In this document: positions 58,907 to 64,000 of the stretch, one piece after another
Layout of the letters: each line of letters starts with the position of its first letter
Numbering within the stretch: position 1 is the stretch's first letter
Origin: Diplonema japonicum
Taxonomy: Eukaryota; Protista; Euglenozoa: Diplonemea
Assembly: GCA_964019335.1 (NCBI GenBank)
Contig: OZ025703.1
Coordinates: forward strand, 451,001-515,000
DNA: 64,000 nucleotides
Reading direction: 5' to 3'
Program-made: the position numbers and the translations under genes
Notes under the pieces: generated by a model
The model's database searches: none
Told to the model about the DNA's origin: nothing
What the model saw: the letters and a program-made list of their open reading frames with translations, nothing else

Positions 58907-60499
58907 ATGCTTCTGAAGGTCGTACTGCTAGCTGTGCTGCTGACAGCAGTGGAAGGTTATAGGTACGCGTTGCCGATGCACCCACACTGGCCGAGGAGAA
59001 GGGCGTGGAACAGGATGAAGAGGATATTGTCCGGTGGCCTTGTGCTGCGGGGCGAGGAGGGGTACTCTGTGGAAGGGATGTACTACAACACTAGGACGAA
59101 CAACCCTCAGCCTGCGGCGATAGCGACGCCTGTGACTGTGTGGGACGTGTCGCGGCTCATGAGGTTCGCGAGGAGGCACAGGCTGAGGGTAGCTGTCCTG
59201 AGCACAGGGCACCACGTGGATATGCGAGCGACGGCTGACAACACCCTCCTCCTGCACATGGTCAACATGACTGATATGTCAGTAGACGTCTCCACAAGGC
59301 GCCTCACAGTGGGCCCTGGGAACAATTTCGCTGCGGTGCATTCCTTCGTGAAGTCGGAGACCAATGGGACTCTTGTCCAGCCGTCGGGGGCAGACTTCAC
59401 CGTGGGCCCCTTCGGGTGGGCACTTGGCGGAGGGCACGGCATGCTGACCCGCATGTACGGGCTTGGCGCGGACGGAGTGCGCGGGGCGACCCTTGTTCTT
59501 GCATCTGGGAGGGTTCTTAAGATTAACAAATATCACCACAGCGAACTCTTTCGTGCGGTGAAGGGTGGTGGCGGTGGTGCCTTCGGTGTCGTGACGGATC
59601 TCACTTTCGAGCTCTACCCCAGCCCCGGAGCCGTGCACGCATGGTGGGGGGTGTACGTTATCAGCGACGCGGTGACGGAGAGGTATGCAGCGTGGCTTGC
59701 CACTGCCCCTAACAACGCGGCTGCCTACTGGGTGCCAACGAGCAGCTCTGGGACAGTTTCGATCGTTGCCAACTGCTTCGGCGACAGCGACTCGTGCAAA
59801 AACGTTCTGGCCCCGCTGCGTGACATTACAGGGTGCATTGCTGTGTCGCCTGCTTTCTGCAACGCGGAGCTTGCCTTCCCCGACTACCCTACGTATGTGT
59901 CATTGTTCCCGCAGATCGGGACCCGCGGCCAGAGACAGTACTGGATGGCGGGTGCAACACTTGCCGAGGATCTGGGTGCTCAGCTGAAACTTGCCAACAA
60001 ATGGGTAGTGGCACCTGAGGAGGTTGCCGTCATAAAAGCCTGCTACGGGAACGGTGTTACTGGCGGTGCAAGTAGGGACATGGACCCTTACGGGGAGACG
60101 ACGGCAGTGGCACAAGCCATGCGTGATAGCGTGCAGGCAATTACCTGTGTGATTCAGTGGACGGAGGCGTACGCCCCAGAAGTAGAGGAAGCCCTGATCG
60201 CCTCTGGTGACGAATTTTCTGAGACTGTTCTGAAGCCTTTCAGCCCGCAGGGGTGGGTATACTGGAATGAGGCACAGCACAACTTCCCCGCTGGCGACTG
60301 GCGCGAAAGGTACTGGGGCGGTATCGACAACTACCTGAGGCTGCGCTCTGTGAAGTTGCGCTACGACCCTTGGAACTTCCTCACCTGCCATCACTGCGTT
60401 GGCTGGGCCTTTTCTGAAAAGGTGGACCCAGCCATCTGCCCCGAGACTTCTTGCAGCTGTTCCAACACCCCCCGCGGGCAGTGCGCTACATACGCGTGA
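58907..60499 (+). CDS. Secreted FAD-linked oxidase, berberine-bridge-enzyme (VAO/PCMH) family
   Basis: Signal peptide; STGHH FAD-attachment motif, VGPFGWALGGGHG, GLGAD, KGGGGGAFGVVT; BBE tail YWNE..YWG..NYLRLRSVKLRYDPWNF. Confidence 0.9.
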   Translation: MLLKVVLLAVLLTAVEGYRYALPMHPHWPRRRAWNRMKRILSGGLVLRGEEGYSVEGMYYNTRTNNPQPAAIATPVTVWDVSRLMRFARRHRLRVAVLSTGHHVDMRATADNTLLLHMVNMTDMSVDVSTRRLTVGPGNNFAAVHSFVKSETNGTLVQPSGADFTVGPFGWALGGGHGMLTRMYGLGADGVRGATLVLASGRVLKINKYHHSELFRAVKGGGGGAFGVVTDLTFELYPSPGAVHAWWGVYVISDAVTERYAAWLATAPNNAAAYWVPTSSSGTVSIVANCFGDSDSCKNVLAPLRDITGCIAVSPAFCNAELAFPDYPTYVSLFPQIGTRGQRQYWMAGATLAEDLGAQLKLANKWVVAPEEVAVIKACYGNGVTGGASRDMDPYGETTAVAQAMRDSVQAITCVIQWTEAYAPEVEEALIASGDEFSETVLKPFSPQGWVYWNEAQHNFPAGDWRERYWGGIDNYLRLRSVKLRYDPWNFLTCHHCVGWAFSEKVDPAICPETSCSCSNTPRGQCATYA

Positions 60500-61792
60500 A
60501 TTTTCATTGTGTGTTTTTGAACCCTTCGGTGGTCGTTTCTTGCACTTCCATGCTGAATTTCTTTTGTGAAGTGTACAGTGAGCACCCTCCCTCACACCGA
60601 AGTTTATCAGATTTTGTTTTATTGTTCACGTGTTTGTTTTTTTCTCCAGCTTTTTTTATGCGAAAAGTAAACCTGCTTTGTGAGACCACGGCAGAATTCT
60701 AGAAAGGTTGATGGAAAGTCGTGAGAAAAGAGAAACGGCCGATAAGGCTTTTCTCTTTTTTCTTCGTCCAATCCTTCAGTCGTCCTGTGGTAGTTCCCCG
60801 CCCCTCTTTTTTTTTGAATTTCCAGCAGACACTTAATTTTGTTCCTACCTTTCCAAGAGTTTGAAGTAACTTTAGATTTCAGTGACTGATGCATTATTCT
60901 ACCCCAAGGACTTTATTCCAGTGGACTTTAGAACACGGGTGGGGTAAGCCTTTTTCACAGTACAGTAGCACGAACGTGGTCTCTTTCTTTTAAAAAAGAG
61001 AACTTGAAGAAAAATGCATAGATACCTGTCTTAATTGTTATTTCCTTAATATCTCAACTGGGGAGGGAAAAGAAGACAAGAAAAGGAGCAACTTAAATCT
61101 TATTTCTACCGATGAAATGACAGTTTTCAAATGGTGAATATTGACTGTGTTGGTTTTGTTTGTTTCGCAAAGAAACCCTCATGCACGCCTCCTTCTTTCT
61201 CCCCCATGCGAAGAACAAAAGAAGGAAGCAAAAAGGATAGAGTTATGCGCTTTTGGCGAAGGTCCCATCCCCTACCCACTTTTTTTTTTTTTGTGCGAGT
61301 TTAGCCCATTTTTTGGCACGTTGGCGATGGCTGTGGTGGTCGTTGCAAGAGCGCCTATAGGTAGTATTGGACGATTCAGTTAACAGAATAGTTTTTTTTT
61401 TTTTTTTTTGGTAACTCACACTAAATCTTATCAAATTTTTTGTTTTCAATTTACAAAAAGCACCGGCTGTGATTGTCGAGAAGCAAGGGAAAAGGGAGGA
61501 AAAAGAAATTTGCATGTTGCCTGTTTCACCCCCTTAGCCTTTCTCATCGATCTATTTATCCCCTTCACCACTTTTCCCCCTTTTATTTTTCAATCCTTCA
61601 ATTTTTGTCTCTTTGCACGGGTCAGTCTGACACGTGGCGTCTCATTTCCTTTTCCTCACGAAGCTTGCGAAGCAACTAATGTCTTTCCTTCCCCTCGCAT
61701 TCTTTTTTTTATTGATTTTTTTCCTCTCAATCTATCGCCAAAAGGCCCTCTCGCCAGAAGATTGAATTCGCACAGATGGGTCCACCCGCACG

Positions 61793-62340
61793 ATGCTGAA
61801 GAAAGCCCAGGACGCTGCGGTCACAGGAGGAGGACAGCCCAAGGTATGTTGCTTGAACAGTGTATCACCACAGGTGGACTTGAAGACTGAAGGGAATGGA
61901 AGTTGTGGCACCAACGGTGAACGGAGAGGTGTGTAGGAAGGAAAACAATTCGACGAGAAGGTGCGCGATATTGTGGCATCCGTCTAACAAAGAGTTGCTT
62001 GGCATGCAGGATACGGTGTCAGCCGTGCTGGTGAGCGCAAGCGGGGTGGGATGACTTACGCTATTGACAGCAAGGAGCAGGCAACAACGAATGAACCAGG
62101 TTAAAGGGTGATCAACTTGGAGCTAGTAACAGCCAATGTGGGGTTTAGCTGCGGCTTCGAAAGAAGGTAGCAAAAGAGGATGCAAAGACCATGGCAACAT
62201 TTATCAAAGAGGTTTGAATCAGAAAGCAGATGCAGACACAAGAGAACATCCTCACATGGTATGGGAAGGAGGAGGGTGAGAGTGAAGAAGCACTGGAAAA
62301 AGAAGTCTATTGGATCTTGCCTGTTGCACAGATCAGATAA
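61793..62340 (+). pseudogene. Possible decayed coding sequence
   Basis: Coding-like composition with a canonical 30-nt GTATG..CACAG intron (61844-61873), but frames broken by stops (e.g. KEDAKTMATFIKEV*IRKQMQ). Confidence 0.3.
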
Positions 62341-62550
62341 GCACCACCCCAACCAGTGTTGTTATATCCCGCAGTAGATTTTTTTACTGCGGGAAACGCG
62401 GGAAAATGCGGGATGAAAGCACGTGACGCAGGGAGAGTTCTGCGGACGGTGGGAAGCACGTCACATCTTCCTGAAGGAACTAGCGGCAGCCCGGGGTTTT
62501 GCTTTTCTTTTTTGTTTTTTTTTTTATTTTTATTTTTTCTTTTTTCTTTT

Positions 62551-62605
<55 letters not shown>

Positions 62606-63557
62606 CCGCACCCAAAAGGGGTGCCAAAATGGGGCTGGACGGACGCAGATGCCTACAGGGGGTTTTTGTAAGTTTGATAACCGAAAATTCCGGATGCAAA
62701 TTTGGCTCCGCGGTGTTCTTGGTGTTCAGGCTCCCTGTCTGCCAGGGCTGGCCCACCATGGCTGTTTTCACCGCCTTCCTTGGGGCCGTAGGTCTTTTGT
62801 TATTTCCCTAAACTCCTTCTCCTTGGCTTTTTTTTTTCTTGGCGTCCGCCGTAAAATTGGTGATATTTTGATAAACAAGAGAGGTATGTATGGGGGAAAA
62901 AGTGCATGCTCAGTGTTGGGGGGGGTCCGGAATAGTGGTTTTATCCGCCTCTTTTCACCCATGGGACGGAAAAGCCCCCGCCTTGCCGATCGCGATGGAA
63001 GACACGGTTTATGGTTCCCATGCCCCCCACCGGATCGTCTTCTACTCCTCTTTTCACTTTTTTTTTTTTATTAGTAAATTAAAACTTCTTTAACAAGGCG
63101 GGAGAAAAAAAAAAAATCTGGCATGCACAAAAAAGTGGTGATAAAGATTCGAGTTCGTGAATCACTTATCGATAGAGGGGAAAAAGGTCTCTTTCTTCTC
63201 TTTAATTTTTCTCTTTTTCAAACCTCCTTTGATGATAAAATAAAAATTTAAAATTTGGTTGCCGTTCTCTTTCTTTGTTTTTCCTTTTATTTTCTCGGCG
63301 AACCTGATGCAAAATATAATAAACTAGGGAGGAATGAATCTTTTCTTTTCTTTTCTTTTTTTTTCGGGGGGGGTTGGGTTGGGAGAAAGAAAATAAAGAA
63401 AAATAAAGAAAAATAAAAAGGAAAATAAAAGATATATGAATTAAAGGGAGTCTTTGTGAGACGCCCTCTCGTCCTCTTCGTCTTCCTGCACCTTTCCCCT
63501 TTCTGCAGCGGTTTCTCATCCGTTGGTGGTCTTGTCGTCCTTCCCCAGCCCGGCCTG

Positions 63558-64000
63558 AACCCGCAAACCCGCAAACCCGCAAACCCGCAAACCCGCAAAC
63601 CCGCAAACCCGCAAACCCGCAAACCCGCAAACCCGCAAACCCGCAAACCCGCAAACCCGCAAACCCGCAAACCCGCAAACCCGCAAACCCGCAAACCCGC
63701 AAACCCGCAAACCCGCAAACCCGCAAACCCGCAAACCCGCAAACCCGCAAACCCGCAAACCCGCAAACCCGCAAACCCGCAAACCCGCAAACCCGCAAAC
63801 CCGCAAACCCGCAAACCCGCAAACCCGCAAACCCGCAAACCCGCAAACCCGCAAACCCGCAAACCCGCAAACCCGCAAACCCGCAAACCCGCAAACCCGC
63901 AAACCCGCAAACCCGCAAACCCGCAAACCCGCAAACCCGCAAACCCGCAAACCCGCAAACCCGCAAACCCGCAAACCCGCAAACCCGCAAACCCGCAAAC
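63558..64000. repeat. Perfect 8-bp tandem array (AAACCCGC)n / (GCGGGTTT)n, ~55 units, continuing past the window edge
   Basis: Directly visible; no variant units seen. Confidence 0.98.

Noticed and set aside
1-60499. Stop-codon reassignment or programmed frameshifting to explain the broken ORFs
   Set aside because: The breaks I examined are resolved by canonical GT-AG introns, and TAA, TAG and TGA all terminate genes.
165-63998. Many minus-strand ORFs, including the RVCGFAGL-repeat ORFs at 63202-63998
   Set aside because: They are antisense shadows of + strand genes or translations of the satellite; none shows a domain motif.

Overview
Gene-dense eukaryotic DNA, most consistent with a euglenozoan of diplonemid type (inference from co-oriented gene clusters plus many cis-introns; not verified). 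About 28 protein-coding genes, all on the + strand, mostly separated by 40-180 nt spacers and interrupted by roughly 48 GT-AG introns, mostly 31-45 nt, which I reconstructed by hand. Recognisable products include a calpain-like protein, DEAH helicase, RNA methyltransferase, cupin, pseudo-caspase/IQ protein, multi-C2 membrane protein, TEX261/Svp26, a membrane-anchored phosphatidylserine decarboxylase, a large GRIP golgin, PDZ, F-box, EF-hand, PPR, WW, NEK kinase, a PP2A-B56/AGC-kinase fusion with an apparent CUG start, ankyrin, a uL1-containing chimera, sulfotransferase and BBE-like FAD oxidase. Non-coding structure includes two adjacent inverted-repeat elements at 28.3-28.8 kb, a ~70-nt hairpin present twice downstream of stop codons, and a perfect (AAACCCGC)n array running off the right edge in the orientation opposite to a terminal telomere. 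All gene models are manual and lack transcript support.
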